A DNA stretch of 64,000 nt from Escherichia coli O127:H6 str. E2348/69 (GTDB lineage Bacteria; Pseudomonadota; Gammaproteobacteria; Enterobacterales; Enterobacteriaceae): NCBI RefSeq assembly GCF_000026545.1, contig NC_011601.1; one strand, given 5' to 3'. Positions 43,843-54,088 of this stretch are shown here, piece after piece (positions within the stretch are counted from its first letter, which is position 1; the number at the start of each line of letters is the position of its first letter). Made by a program: the position numbers and the translations under genes. Below the pieces are notes generated by a model that searched no databases, was not told the DNA's origin, and was given only the letters and a program-made list of their open reading frames with translations.

Positions 43843-45191
43843 CAGGATTTCTCTCCGGTTGAGTTATAAAGCAAGGAATGGCGCTGAAAAAATGCCTTTA
43901 AGGTCGGAATTAGCGAGAGCACCACATCCAGACATTGCCCACCGAAGTAAGCAAATGCAGCCCCCAGCACGCCAAACAGATGACAGAACATGAACAGCAA
44001 TACGATGTAGCCGATTGAGGCGATGGTTTGCGCCACGAGAAAAGCGCGCTGTTTTCCCGCCATCAATAGCAATGACTCCTGTGGGAAGCCCAGCATCGAA
44101 ATCACAATTGCGCCCAGCATCACCTGAATCAGGTCATACGCTTCGAGATACTTAACGCCAAACACCAGCGAAATGAGCGGCTTGCCGACGATCAACACCG
44201 CGAGCGCCACCAGAATACCGATTCCGCCCGCCAGTAAACCGGACTTCACGCCTAACAACCACGGTCTGGTGGTGCGTGGATCTAAACGCATCACCTCTGG
44301 ATAAAAACTTTTGCCCAGTAAACCCGCTGGCGTTCCGGCGGCATCGAAGAATGTCATGGCGATTTTAAATAACCCGACAGCAGCGGGTCCTAACACGATC
44401 CCCACCAACACTGTGCTGCACGAGTTACGCGCCGACCAGATGGAGTGGGCAATGTTGGTTGACCAGACAAAACTCCACGCGCCTTTAATGTGTCGGGCAG
44501 ACTCAAACAGATTCAATTTGAAGGCGTTATGGATATTTCTGCGGCGTAATTCGCGCGCGGCAAACCACCAGTACATGGTGCCGCCAACCAGATTCGACAC
44601 GTACCAGGCAATAACAAAACCCGCAAAACCAAAGTCAAAATACCAGGCTACGACGCTCCCCGCTGCGCGCAGAAAAGGTTTCGTCGCCTGCTGTACAGCA
44701 ATCAAATCAAAGCGATCTACCGCACGCAGAATGCCGGTCGGCGTGGAGGAAGCCATTGAAGGAATGAGCGTGCAATAGAGCGCCGCCAGCCAAAAGCTTT
44801 GGTCATCCAGACCTAATGAATGGGAAAGGAATGGCAGTAAGGCAATGCCGCCGACAATCGCCACCGCGCCGCTGACGATATCCAGCGAGAAGGAAAATGA
44901 GACAACATTGCGAAATTGCTGCGGATTATTGTTGGTCAAGGCCGGCGTTCCGTACTGGACCACCAGTTGCCATGTCTGAAACTTAATAAAATCGCTGATC
45001 GATTTGGCGTACGATTGCACAATTACCAGTACGCCAAACATGGCGGGCGTCATCCCTTTACCGGCACACGAGAGCGCCAACAGCCCCAGCAAAGCGCTCA
45101 CAACATTACTGGAGCCTAACCAGGCGCTATTGCGAATAATGGTGCGAAACGCGCCATCTGCAAACCAATGTTTGATGTTTAAACCCGCCAA
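43842..45191 (-). CDS. yghQ: YghQ, MOP-superfamily (Wzx/MurJ-like) polytopic flippase
   Basis: 449-aa multi-TM protein directly downstream of yghR; longer than my recollection of the K-12 product. Confidence 0.7.
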   Translation of the reverse strand: MAGLNIKHWFADGAFRTIIRNSAWLGSSNVVSALLGLLALSCAGKGMTPAMFGVLVIVQSYAKSISDFIKFQTWQLVVQYGTPALTNNNPQQFRNVVSFSFSLDIVSGAVAIVGGIALLPFLSHSLGLDDQSFWLAALYCTLIPSMASSTPTGILRAVDRFDLIAVQQATKPFLRAAGSVVAWYFDFGFAGFVIAWYVSNLVGGTMYWWFAARELRRRNIHNAFKLNLFESARHIKGAWSFVWSTNIAHSIWSARNSCSTVLVGIVLGPAAVGLFKIAMTFFDAAGTPAGLLGKSFYPEVMRLDPRTTRPWLLGVKSGLLAGGIGILVALAVLIVGKPLISLVFGVKYLEAYDLIQVMLGAIVISMLGFPQESLLLMAGKQRAFLVAQTIASIGYIVLLFMFCHLFGVLGAAFAYFGGQCLDVVLSLIPTLKAFFQRHSLLYNSTGEKS

Positions 45192-45236
45192 TTCAGCCTG
45201 ACCTTATCGTTGATAGTAAAAAGTATCCCGCCAGCC

Positions 45237-45995
45237 TTAAGTTAAACTTCGGCGGTCAGAAACGATGGCAACCAGAGAAACCGCCTTCTGTGCCTGTTCC
45301 AGCACCTCGCTGTAAGGCGCTCTGGAATCAATCTCAAGAATTTTTGTGCCGTTATAGCCAATCGTCGACATGACGCCGATTTTGTCCTGCAGCTCGGCAT
45401 AGTCATGGTCAGGCTTGCGGGAGATGGCAGTATCAATATCAATCCCCAAGCGAATGATTAATTCAGGACGGTATTGCGCCATTTGTTGGTATAAGCGCCG
45501 TTCGCGCTGCGCCAGAAACATGCTGATTTTCCCGGTCGCACGTTCGACGCCGATCCCCGGTCCGTCATAATAAAAGCCCGAAATTTCAGCCTGCGGGAAG
45601 CGATCGCTGACCACCAGAACGCCACTTTGCGCCAGTCGCTGAACCTTGCGCAGATTCGCCATTCTTCGCAGCGAGAAGCAGTACATAATCACCGCCGCCC
45701 ATAGCGCCGGAGATTTGGTTTTCATGCTTTGGGTTTTCGAGGATTTGGCCGCCAGTCGCCGTTCCAGCCAGACGCCAACCAACGGCAACCGTTTGATTTT
45801 GTCGCCGTCTTCGCCTGAGAGCAGCCCCAGATAGCGGCGCTCGGTTTGCCAGTGTTGTTGCAGCGATTTCACCAGGTCAGTGGTCAGTGTGGATTTACCG
45901 GTGCCATCACACCCGACCACCGCAATCAGCCCCGGAATGTAGTTGGGCTGCGGCGCGGTTGTACTCTTAACAGTTTGTGTTTGTAGTGCATCCAT
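45237..45995 (-). CDS. yghR: YghR, P-loop kinase-like protein (thymidylate-kinase-like fold)
   Basis: Walker A VGCDGTGKSTL plus DRF/Y motif (VVSDRFPQ). Confidence 0.75.
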   Translation of the reverse strand: MDALQTQTVKSTTAPQPNYIPGLIAVVGCDGTGKSTLTTDLVKSLQQHWQTERRYLGLLSGEDGDKIKRLPLVGVWLERRLAAKSSKTQSMKTKSPALWAAVIMYCFSLRRMANLRKVQRLAQSGVLVVSDRFPQAEISGFYYDGPGIGVERATGKISMFLAQRERRLYQQMAQYRPELIIRLGIDIDTAISRKPDHDYAELQDKIGVMSTIGYNGTKILEIDSRAPYSEVLEQAQKAVSLVAIVSDRRSLT

Positions 45996-46026
45996 TCGTT
46001 AAATCATCCCCTATCCATTTTGGTGA

Positions 46027-46740
46027 TCAGGAAAGCGCGGCGTGAATTGCGCGTAGTGACGCTTGCAGAATTTCATCGGCTGGTTGCCGACCATCCAGTT
46101 CAAGGATCTTTGCGCCATTGAATGTCAGTTGCGGCGTAACGGCGATTTTTTCCTGTAACGCTGCCAGTTGGTGGTCAGGTTTACGCGCAAACGCGGTTTG
46201 TTCATCAATGCCAAGACGAATCAACAATACGGGCAAATAAGACGCCATCCATTGGTACAGCTTCAGCTCGCGCTGCCTTAACATTTTTATCCAACCGTTA
46301 CCGCCCGTGGTTTTTGCCAATTGCGGGCCATCAAAGCGAAAACCCGGCACTTCAACCTGCGGGTAGCGGTCGGTGATGAGCAGATAGCCTTGCTGGCTTT
46401 TACACAACATTTTGCGAAACTTGTACGCCCGCCAGCAGGAAAGCAGATAGATAACCAGCGCAGTAATATTGCCAGGCGGTGTTAAGGGCTTTTCGTGCAC
46501 ATGTGCCGCTTTACTTCGCAAATAACGCCCAAAAGGTGCGCCAATAACAGGGAGCTGTGAAATCCATTCGCCAATTCGCCCGGACGATTGCCCGAGATAA
46601 ATGTGTTCTGTTGGCATTCTTGATGCCAGTTCATTTACCAGGCTTGCCGTGAGGGTCGATTTACCTGAACCATCACATCCTACAATGGCAATAACACGCA
46701 CTGGCGTGGAATTAATTATTGACATATTACGTTGATTCAC
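46027..46740 (-). CDS. yghS: YghS, P-loop kinase-like protein, paralog of YghR/YghT
   Basis: Walker A VGCDGSGKSTL plus LITDRYPQ. Confidence 0.75.
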   Translation of the reverse strand: MNQRNMSIINSTPVRVIAIVGCDGSGKSTLTASLVNELASRMPTEHIYLGQSSGRIGEWISQLPVIGAPFGRYLRSKAAHVHEKPLTPPGNITALVIYLLSCWRAYKFRKMLCKSQQGYLLITDRYPQVEVPGFRFDGPQLAKTTGGNGWIKMLRQRELKLYQWMASYLPVLLIRLGIDEQTAFARKPDHQLAALQEKIAVTPQLTFNGAKILELDGRQPADEILQASLRAIHAALS

Positions 46741-46914
46741 GAAAAACCCGGCAGCAAATAATGTATTGAATATTACGTGGTCCGTGCTCAGAATATCCGT
46801 TCAACCTTATTGTGACAATGGTTAATTGTGACATTGACCTGAATTACGCTTTCATCAAAAACATATTAACCAAATAAATATTTTGGATGGACATTTAAAT
46901 TTAAGGATATATTC

Positions 46915-47607
46915 ATGCAGTCAATAATACCTCCATTAATTGCCGTTATTGGTAGCGATGGTTCAGGCAAGTCAACGGTGTGTGAACATCTTATTACCGT
47001 TGTCGAAAAATATGGTGCTGCCGAAAGGGTTCATTTAGGAAAACAGGCCGGAAATGTCGGTCGTGCAGTGACAAAATTACCGTTGATGGGAAAATCCTTA
47101 CATAAAACAATTGAACGAAATCAGGTAAAAATAGCAAAAAAATTGCCGGGACCAGTTCCGGCGCTGGTAATTACAGCGTTTGTCGCCCGCCGCTTACTGC
47201 GCTTTCGTCATATGCTTGCCTGTCGTCGTCGCGGGTTAATTGTTTTAACCGACCGTTATCCGCAGGAACAGATTCCTGGCGCTTATGATGGTACGGTGTT
47301 CCCGCCTAACGTTGAAGGTGGTCGTTTTGTCTCATGGCTGGCAAGTCAGGAACGTAAAGCATTTCACTGGATGGCGAGCCATAAGCCCGATCTGGTCATC
47401 AAACTCAATGTCGATCTGGACGTAGCCTGCGCGCGTAAGCCTGACCACAAAAGAGAATCGCTGGAAAGGAAGATAGCAATAACGCCACAGTTAACCTTTG
47501 GAGGCGCGCAACTGGTTGATATCGATGCCAATCAACCGCTGGAACAAGTGCTGGTTGATGCGGAAAAAGCGATTACGGATTTTATGACCGCGCGTGGTTA
47601 TCACTAG
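46915..47607 (+). CDS. yghT: YghT, P-loop kinase-like protein, paralog of YghR/YghS
   Basis: Walker [12 protein letters not shown] plus LTDRYPQ; ATG with an AAGGA ribosome-binding site upstream. Confidence 0.75.
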   Translation: MQSIIPPLIAVIGSDGSGKSTVCEHLITVVEKYGAAERVHLGKQAGNVGRAVTKLPLMGKSLHKTIERNQVKIAKKLPGPVPALVITAFVARRLLRFRHMLACRRRGLIVLTDRYPQEQIPGAYDGTVFPPNVEGGRFVSWLASQERKAFHWMASHKPDLVIKLNVDLDVACARKPDHKRESLERKIAITPQLTFGGAQLVDIDANQPLEQVLVDAEKAITDFMTARGYH

Positions 47608-47617
47608 TCAAAAATGG

Positions 47618-47648
47618 AAATGCCCGATCGCCAGGACCGGGCATTTTC
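47618..47648. terminator. Bidirectional intrinsic terminator shared by yghT and pitB
   Basis: Stem AAATGCCCG / CGGGCATTT with an 11-nt loop, flanked by an A-run upstream and a T-run downstream. Confidence 0.5.
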
Positions 47649-47655
47649 AGGAAGG

Positions 47656-49155
47656 TTAAATCAACTGCAATGCTATCCAGTACAACCCACCAGAAAGAAA
47701 AATCGCCGCCGGTAAAGTAAATACCCACGCCATCAGGATGCTGGTTACCGTTTTACGCTGTAACCCACCGCCGTCCACCACCATCGTCCCTGCTACTGCA
47801 GACGAGAGTACGTGTGTTGTGGAGACGGGCATCCCAATATAACTGGCAAGGCCGATAGACACTGCCGCCGTCATCTGTGCCGCCATGCCTTGCGCATACG
47901 TCATGCCGCGCTTACCAATCTTCTCACCGATGGTCATCGCTACACGACGCCAGCCAATCATGGTGCCGATGCCGAGCGCCAGTGCTACCGCCATGATGAT
48001 CCATACCGGTGCGTACTCAATGGTGCTTAACATATCGCTGCGCAGTTTTTTCAGCAGGTTCTGGTCTTCTTTACTGACGCCTGGCAGTTTCGCCAGCTTC
48101 GCGGAGGTATCAGAGATGCACAGCATAATGCGGCGCAGCTGGCTGCGCTGACTCACGCTTAACGGCTCGTAACTTTCCATATTGCCTGGCAGCATCGTTT
48201 TAACGCGCGCAATCGCATCAAAGGTATTTGCCGGATGACAGTGAAACTCTGTTACTTGCGTGCCATCAGTCGATGTCGCAGGCAATGGAGGTTCCATCGT
48301 AATCAACTTCTGCGGCAGTTCAGGATGCTGTTGCAGGTAGTGTTCGAAGTTGGTGACGGCATCGCGGGTACGGGTAATTTCATAGCCGGACGCATTCATA
48401 TTGACGACAAACCCGGCGGGAGCAATCCCCACCAGCACCAGCATCACCAGACCAATTCCTTTCTGCCCGTCGTTCGCGCCGTGCGAAAACGCCACGCCCG
48501 CAGCGGAAACAATGAGGGCAATACGCGTCCAGAATGGCGGCTTACGTTTGCCTTTTTTCTTTTGGCGATCTTCCGGAATGCGGTGAATACGGTCACGCTT
48601 TTTCGTCCCGCTCCAGTAGCGACGCAGCAGAAAAATCAGCCCCCCCGCAATCACCAGCCCCACGATGGGGGAGACAATGAGTGAAGAGAAAATCTTGGTG
48701 ACTTCGCGCAGGTTTAACGCATCCATCACCGACGAACCATTTAACAGCGCGTTGGTTAAACCGATGCCGATAATCGCACCAATCAAAGTGTGCGAACTGG
48801 AGGCCGGTAAACCAAAGAACCACGTTCCCAGATTCCAGATAATCGCCGCCAGCAGCATGGAAAAGACCATCGCCAGACCGTGAGTTGACCCCATATTCAG
48901 CAACAAATCGGTTGGCAACATATGGACGATGGCATAGGCAACGCTAAGCCCGCCAAGCAATACGCCAAAAAAGTTAAAAAATGCCGCCATGACTACAGCA
49001 AGCTGTGGTTGCATGGCACGGGTATAAATAACGGTTGCCACCGCATTCGCTGTGTCATGAAAACCATTGATTGCTTCATAGAACAACACAAATGCCAGAG
49101 CAAGTAATAACAAAAGCCCCGTATATATATCAAGGCCAACAAATAAATTTAGCAT
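47656..49155 (-). CDS. pitB: Low-affinity inorganic phosphate transporter
   Basis: 499-aa PiT-family transporter with [15 protein letters not shown] motif; pitB rather than pitA by genomic context. Confidence 0.85.
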   Translation of the reverse strand: MLNLFVGLDIYTGLLLLLALAFVLFYEAINGFHDTANAVATVIYTRAMQPQLAVVMAAFFNFFGVLLGGLSVAYAIVHMLPTDLLLNMGSTHGLAMVFSMLLAAIIWNLGTWFFGLPASSSHTLIGAIIGIGLTNALLNGSSVMDALNLREVTKIFSSLIVSPIVGLVIAGGLIFLLRRYWSGTKKRDRIHRIPEDRQKKKGKRKPPFWTRIALIVSAAGVAFSHGANDGQKGIGLVMLVLVGIAPAGFVVNMNASGYEITRTRDAVTNFEHYLQQHPELPQKLITMEPPLPATSTDGTQVTEFHCHPANTFDAIARVKTMLPGNMESYEPLSVSQRSQLRRIMLCISDTSAKLAKLPGVSKEDQNLLKKLRSDMLSTIEYAPVWIIMAVALALGIGTMIGWRRVAMTIGEKIGKRGMTYAQGMAAQMTAAVSIGLASYIGMPVSTTHVLSSAVAGTMVVDGGGLQRKTVTSILMAWVFTLPAAIFLSGGLYWIALQLI

Positions 49156-49397
49156 ATATTAGATTACGCCATTTTGAATTTACGAACGGAGGCATTATCA
49201 GTGACTTTCACGGCGTGGGCAAAGTGAAATATCATTTTTTAACGATAAAAAGCGTGTTATTTCTTGTGTATCAGACAATAAGCCTTCATTCAAAGCTTTT
49301 AGAAATAATTAATACACTGAAATTTCGTTAGTTGATATATTCATGTACAGAATACATATATAATAAATATATAAGAATTAAATGCTTTGATTAATCC

Positions 49398-49428
49398 CCG
49401 TACTGATTATTCATCATAATCAGTACGG
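49398..49428. other. 13-bp perfect inverted repeat (stem-loop) in the gss 3' region
   Basis: CCGTACTGATTAT (49398-49410) / ATAATCAGTACGG (49416-49428) with a 5-nt loop, 18 nt downstream of the gss stop; no U-tract on the gss strand. Confidence 0.5.
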
Positions 49429-49445
49429 AGTTGCTACAACATGTA

Positions 49446-51308
49446 TTACTCTTTTACCACAATTAACGGCTCAATATCACTCTCTTTTTTGATGACCAGT
49501 GATTCATCACCGCGTAAGCAAGTCCCACCGTAGTTGCCGCCAACGGTGAAGGTACATACCTGAATGTATTTACCGTCCACTTTCGGCAAACACCACAGTT
49601 GCTGATAGATGTTTTTCTGCTCGGCAAATTTACCGCTGGTTTTGTCCAGCACCTCTTCATGATGGCTGACGAGGTCGATGTTACTGCCACAGCGACCGGC
49701 GATCGGTTTAACGGCATAACCGGTTTTCACCAGCTCATCATTCACGGTGAAGTCAGTATCCAACAGATAACGATGGTGCGGGAACAGAGACCAGAGGATC
49801 GGCAGAATCGCTTTGTTGCCGGGGATCACTGTCCACAGAGGTTCAAAGACCAGCACTTCCGGGCGCAGCAATACGTCGATAAGACGCACTTCATTTTGCG
49901 GATGACCGGTACGGATCGGCACCGCAGCAAACTCACGGTCGCTAACTTCACGAATCTGATCAAACGCGGTTTCCCACGCCCAGGTTTTCCACACGCAGTT
50001 AACCAGTCGCCCTTCCCCATCAATCAGTTGCCCGGCAGCATCCCAGCCCAGTTCATCCAGCCCGCGCAAGATACGCGTTTCAAAGCCCGCCTGGTGCAGC
50101 GCCTGCTCCATAAACTGCGCGTGATAGTTTTCCTCGATATCTTTGTCCTGCATGATATGGACAAACGGACGTGCACGACTGTGTTTCCAGGCACCAGCCA
50201 GTTCGTTAATCAGCCCTTCCGCCGGATTGAAGCCGTTGCCTTTATAGCCCTGCTCCGCCCAACGTTCGAGGATCAAGCCAGCTTCGGTATGACAGGAGGC
50301 GGAGTCGGCGTTGTATTCGTAGACCTTCAGGCCACGTTCGTCCATACAGAAATCCATACGACCGGTGATCATATGGTGACGGCGACGCTGCCAGGAGAGA
50401 CGCAAACGTGGCCAGAGGATTTTTGGGATGTCGAACAGCGCCAGCAGGTTGTCATCTTTCAGCACCTTGTCGGTTGCGTGAAGATACATCAGGTGCAGTT
50501 CGTTGGTGGCTTTAATCAGCTCCTGCTCTGCGCTCTCGGTAATGGTGTAGTAATGATACGGATCCTGATTGATCACCTGACCGTTGGCCTGCACATAGGC
50601 GTTTTGTAGCGGATCTTTTTCATCCAGCCATTTACCGTCAAACTGGCCTTTGTTTTCCAGACGCGCTCCGCTGATTTTCAGCAGCTCGCCTGCAATTTCC
50701 GGCTGCGGTAAGCTGTATTCAGTATCTTCCGTCTGGATCATCCAGCCCAGAATAGTGGTGTCATCGAAGGTGTCTTTCAGGGTATAGCAGCCGTTTTCGA
50801 CCACCATCTCCAGCTCGCGTGTCCACTGTTGCCCTTGCGGCAACGGGGAATGAATCACGTTCTGTTCCGCAATACGGACTTTGTTGCCATGCAATTGGGT
50901 AATGATGGCGACATGGCCAGTGTCTTTAAATTCACCGCCTTTATCCCAGATAAGAAGCGCCCCCGCTACCGGTGCACGCGGCGAACCGTTAGGAAATGCC
51001 TGCAATGGCAGGATGTTGTCATTGACCACTTCACGCAAGAAGCGCAGTGAGAAAATCTCCCATGCCATACCCACGTCAGTGAAGACTACACCGTAGTTCA
51101 GAAAGAGAAAACGGCGAGCAAATTCAACGCATTGCCATTTGTGGCCCATATATTCATCGTCGATATAGCTACGGAATACGGCGTCATCTTCGTATTCCTG
51201 CGGATCGAGAGAACTGTAATCTGAAGAGTAGATTGCTACCCCACCTGGGGCGTAGCCCAATAATGTCCCGAACGGGGCATCCTGGCTGGTCGTTCCTTTG
51301 CTCATCAC
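49446..51308 (-). CDS. gss: Bifunctional glutathionylspermidine synthetase/amidase
   Basis: N-terminus M(M)SKGTTSQDAPFGTLLGYAPGGVAIYSSDYSSLDPQEYEDDAVFR matches Gss; the real start may be the second ATG at 51305. Confidence 0.9.
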   Translation of the reverse strand: MMSKGTTSQDAPFGTLLGYAPGGVAIYSSDYSSLDPQEYEDDAVFRSYIDDEYMGHKWQCVEFARRFLFLNYGVVFTDVGMAWEIFSLRFLREVVNDNILPLQAFPNGSPRAPVAGALLIWDKGGEFKDTGHVAIITQLHGNKVRIAEQNVIHSPLPQGQQWTRELEMVVENGCYTLKDTFDDTTILGWMIQTEDTEYSLPQPEIAGELLKISGARLENKGQFDGKWLDEKDPLQNAYVQANGQVINQDPYHYYTITESAEQELIKATNELHLMYLHATDKVLKDDNLLALFDIPKILWPRLRLSWQRRRHHMITGRMDFCMDERGLKVYEYNADSASCHTEAGLILERWAEQGYKGNGFNPAEGLINELAGAWKHSRARPFVHIMQDKDIEENYHAQFMEQALHQAGFETRILRGLDELGWDAAGQLIDGEGRLVNCVWKTWAWETAFDQIREVSDREFAAVPIRTGHPQNEVRLIDVLLRPEVLVFEPLWTVIPGNKAILPILWSLFPHHRYLLDTDFTVNDELVKTGYAVKPIAGRCGSNIDLVSHHEEVLDKTSGKFAEQKNIYQQLWCLPKVDGKYIQVCTFTVGGNYGGTCLRGDESLVIKKESDIEPLIVVKE

Positions 51309-51509
51309 TTTACCTTTAACAATACAACCTAAGCAGTTGGCGTAATTGTTGTGCTCTGATTACCTGCTCAGCGACATTAACCGGACAGAGGTCAGAGTAA
51401 TCATACACCTCATCGCAGCGGCTGGCGCAAAGGGTTAAAAAATTCACATTCTGTACAGCAAGTGACCTGCTACACTGCTTCAACACTACCACTCAGAAGG
51501 CAACTCACT

Positions 51510-52376
51510 ATGACAGACAATACTTATCAGCCCGCGAAAGTCTGGACGTGGGATAAATCCGCTGGCGGCGCGTTCGCCAGTATCAATCGCCCGATTTCTG
51601 GTCCGACGCATGAAAAAACGCTGCCGGTGGGCAAACATCCATTGCAACTTTATTCGCTGGGAACGCCGAACGGTCAGAAAGTGACGATTATGCTCGAAGA
51701 ACTACTCGCACTGGGCGTTACTGGTGCAGAGTACGACGCCTGGCTGATTCGCATTGGCGATGGCGATCAATTCTCCAGCGGCTTTGTCGAAGTGAACCCG
51801 AATTCGAAGATCCCGGCATTGCGCGATCATACCCATAATCCGCCGATCCGCGTGTTTGAGTCAGGCTCGATTCTGCTTTATCTGGCGGAGAAATTTGGCT
51901 ACTTCTTGCCGCAGGATCTGGCAAAGCGTACTGAAACGATGAGCTGGCTGTTCTGGTTACAGGGCGCGGCACCGTTCCTCGGCGGTGGTTTTGGTCACTT
52001 TTACCATTACGCACCGGTGAAAATTGAGTACGCCATCAACCGCTTTACTATGGAAGCCAAGCGCCTTCTCGACGTGCTGGATAAGCAACTGGCGCAGCAT
52101 AAGTTTGTTGCGGGCGATGAGTACACCATTGCGGATATGGCGATCTGGCCGTGGTTTGGCAATGTGGTGTTAGGCGGCGTATATGATGCCGCAGAGTTTC
52201 TTGATGCGGGCAGTTATAAGCATGTACAACGCTGGGCGAAAGAAGTGGGCGAACGTCCGGCAGTGAAGCGTGGGCGTATTGTTAACCGCATCAACGGACC
52301 GCTGAACGAGCAGTTGCATGAACGCCATGACGCCAGTGATTTCGAGACGAATACGGAAGATAAGCGTCAGGGGTAA
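51510..52376 (+). CDS. yghU: Glutathione S-transferase-like protein YghU
   Basis: 288 aa from ATG 51510 (MTDNTYQPAKVWTWDKSAGG...); the track ORF starts 16 codons upstream. Confidence 0.9.
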   Translation: MTDNTYQPAKVWTWDKSAGGAFASINRPISGPTHEKTLPVGKHPLQLYSLGTPNGQKVTIMLEELLALGVTGAEYDAWLIRIGDGDQFSSGFVEVNPNSKIPALRDHTHNPPIRVFESGSILLYLAEKFGYFLPQDLAKRTETMSWLFWLQGAAPFLGGGFGHFYHYAPVKIEYAINRFTMEAKRLLDVLDKQLAQHKFVAGDEYTIADMAIWPWFGNVVLGGVYDAAEFLDAGSYKHVQRWAKEVGERPAVKRGRIVNRINGPLNEQLHERHDASDFETNTEDKRQG

Positions 52377-52413
52377 TGGTTAGCGTTCGTCGCAGCAAGC
52401 CATCCAGACCAAT

Positions 52414-52509
52414 GTAGGCCGGATAAGGCGTTCACGCCGCATCCGGCAATCAGGCACAATGCCTGATGCGACGCTGCCGCGTCTTATCAGGCCTACGAAA
52501 GCATCCGGC
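52414..52509. repeat. REP/BIME cluster between yghU and hybG
   Basis: GTAGGCCGGATAAGGCGTTCACGCCGCATCCGGC (52414-52447) is the reverse complement of the REP at 19969; a second REP-like copy lies at about 52461-52496. Confidence 0.8.
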
Positions 52510-52517
52510 TTTAATCA

Positions 52518-52766
52518 TCACGCGCTGGTAATGTCGTAATCCATTTGGCGCAGTGCGTCTAATGTGGCTTTGGCTTCGTCTTCATCGATAATGCTCATGG
52601 CAAATCCGACGTGTACCAGTACCCACTGGCCCAGCAGATCGGCAGGGTTACCTTCACAAATCAGGGCGATATTCACGTCGCGCTTGATACCACATACTTC
52701 AACCTGCGCAAGCTGGTGAATATCTTCACCGACAGCCAGCACCTGGCCTGGAACGCCAATACACAT
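52518..52766 (-). CDS. hybG: Hydrogenase-2 maturation chaperone (HypC family)
   Basis: 82 aa beginning MCIGVPGQV (conserved N-terminal Cys). Confidence 0.9.
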
Positions 52767-52778
52767 TGTTAACTCCGG

Positions 52779-53120
52779 TTATTCAACTTCAATACTTTTG
52801 ACGATTAGCGAATCGCCGGTATCGACACGCAACCGCTCGCCGTGACAGATCGGACACTGCGCATCGTGCTGATGAATCTCCACCACCTGGCTGCAATCCC
52901 AACACCAGGCCTGGGCGGGTTTATAGACGATATGTAAATCGCACCCTTGCGCTACCGTTCCGTGGCAGACAATTTCAAAACTAAAACGGACGGCGCTCTC
53001 CTCAACGCAGGAGAGTGCGCCAATTTCCAGCCACACGGCGGTGACGCGCTTAACATCGTGCTGCTCCGCCTGCCGTTGGATAATTTCAACGGCGCTCTGG
53101 CAAAGCGACAACTCATGCAT
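52779..53120 (-). CDS. hybF: Hydrogenase nickel-insertion protein (HypA family)
   Basis: 113 aa from ATG 53120; CxxC ... CxxC zinc site (CWDC ... CPIC). Confidence 0.9.
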   Translation of the reverse strand: MHELSLCQSAVEIIQRQAEQHDVKRVTAVWLEIGALSCVEESAVRFSFEIVCHGTVAQGCDLHIVYKPAQAWCWDCSQVVEIHQHDAQCPICHGERLRVDTGDSLIVKSIEVE

Positions 53121-53601
53121 TTTCGCCACTCCTGCGGCCAAATAGCAGGGCACGACGCCCTGCGTGTGGTACATCCGGATTGGTGACTGGCAGCGAAAGG
53201 ATCATTCGGGCGCAGTCATCCGTCAGCCGTTGGCCCTCTTCAATCGACATGCTGTGCGAAAGCGGCGACATCAGCGAGCAGGAGAGGTATTGCGAAACAC
53301 CGTCCAGTTCACCAACAGTAAAGGTCATAGTGCCATACGGCAGTTGCAGACCAATTTTTTCACTCACTTTGCGCAGCGGCCAGAGTTGATCCGGGCCGGG
53401 GAAGATAACTGCACTCAGCATCCACGGGGTGATCACACACCCCGTCCACTGACCTTCGAACAGCGTAAAGTCAGAAACATACACCGGCATTGAAGGATGC
53501 AGAAAAGAGAGATCATGCATCGAACGCCGGGCAATTTCTTCAAAAGCTACCTGTACTTGCGCCTTCGGGGAGGTCTGGAAACCTGCTATCTCTTCAGTCA
53601 T
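53113..53601 (-). CDS. hybE: Hydrogenase-2 operon chaperone HybE
   Basis: 162 aa from ATG 53601; overlaps the hybF start by 8 nt and the hybD stop. Confidence 0.85.
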   Translation of the reverse strand: MTEEIAGFQTSPKAQVQVAFEEIARRSMHDLSFLHPSMPVYVSDFTLFEGQWTGCVITPWMLSAVIFPGPDQLWPLRKVSEKIGLQLPYGTMTFTVGELDGVSQYLSCSLMSPLSHSMSIEEGQRLTDDCARMILSLPVTNPDVPHAGRRALLFGRRSGENA

Positions 53602-54088
53602 GAGTCGCCTCCCGTGGGATAGCTTCCACGCCTGATTCGCGCAGCGCAGCCAGAACCTGCTCAAGCGCAGGTTCAATCATCGCTTCGACCGTCGGCGTCA
53701 AACCGATGTGCGGCTCCAGTGATTCCGGGATCACGCCGACCAGGGTCAGCTTTTTCGGAAACTCACCGGTGAAGCGCAGGGCCGACAAGACGTCGGCCAG
53801 GCCAAGCTGATGCGGAGAGATTTTGTTGGTAAACAACGCCGGAACTTCTTCATCCCGCAGGATCATCATCGTTCCCGGCGCGTTCTTTTTCGACACAATG
53901 GCATCCGCAATAATCAGATGATCGCGATTTGCCATGTCACCAAGCAGCTCCATTCCCGCTGTGCCGCCATCGAGGATCTCAACATAATCCGGCAGAATGT
54001 ATCGTTGCTCTAACGCTTCAACAATCCGCACACCGATGGCTTCATCAGTCAGCAAAATATTGCCGATCCCTAAGACTAAAATACGCAT
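53594..54088 (-). CDS. hybD: Hydrogenase-2 large-subunit maturation endopeptidase
   Basis: 164 aa, MRILVLGIGNILLTDEAIG. Confidence 0.9.
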   Translation of the reverse strand: MRILVLGIGNILLTDEAIGVRIVEALEQRYILPDYVEILDGGTAGMELLGDMANRDHLIIADAIVSKKNAPGTMMILRDEEVPALFTNKISPHQLGLADVLSALRFTGEFPKKLTLVGVIPESLEPHIGLTPTVEAMIEPALEQVLAALRESGVEAIPREATHD

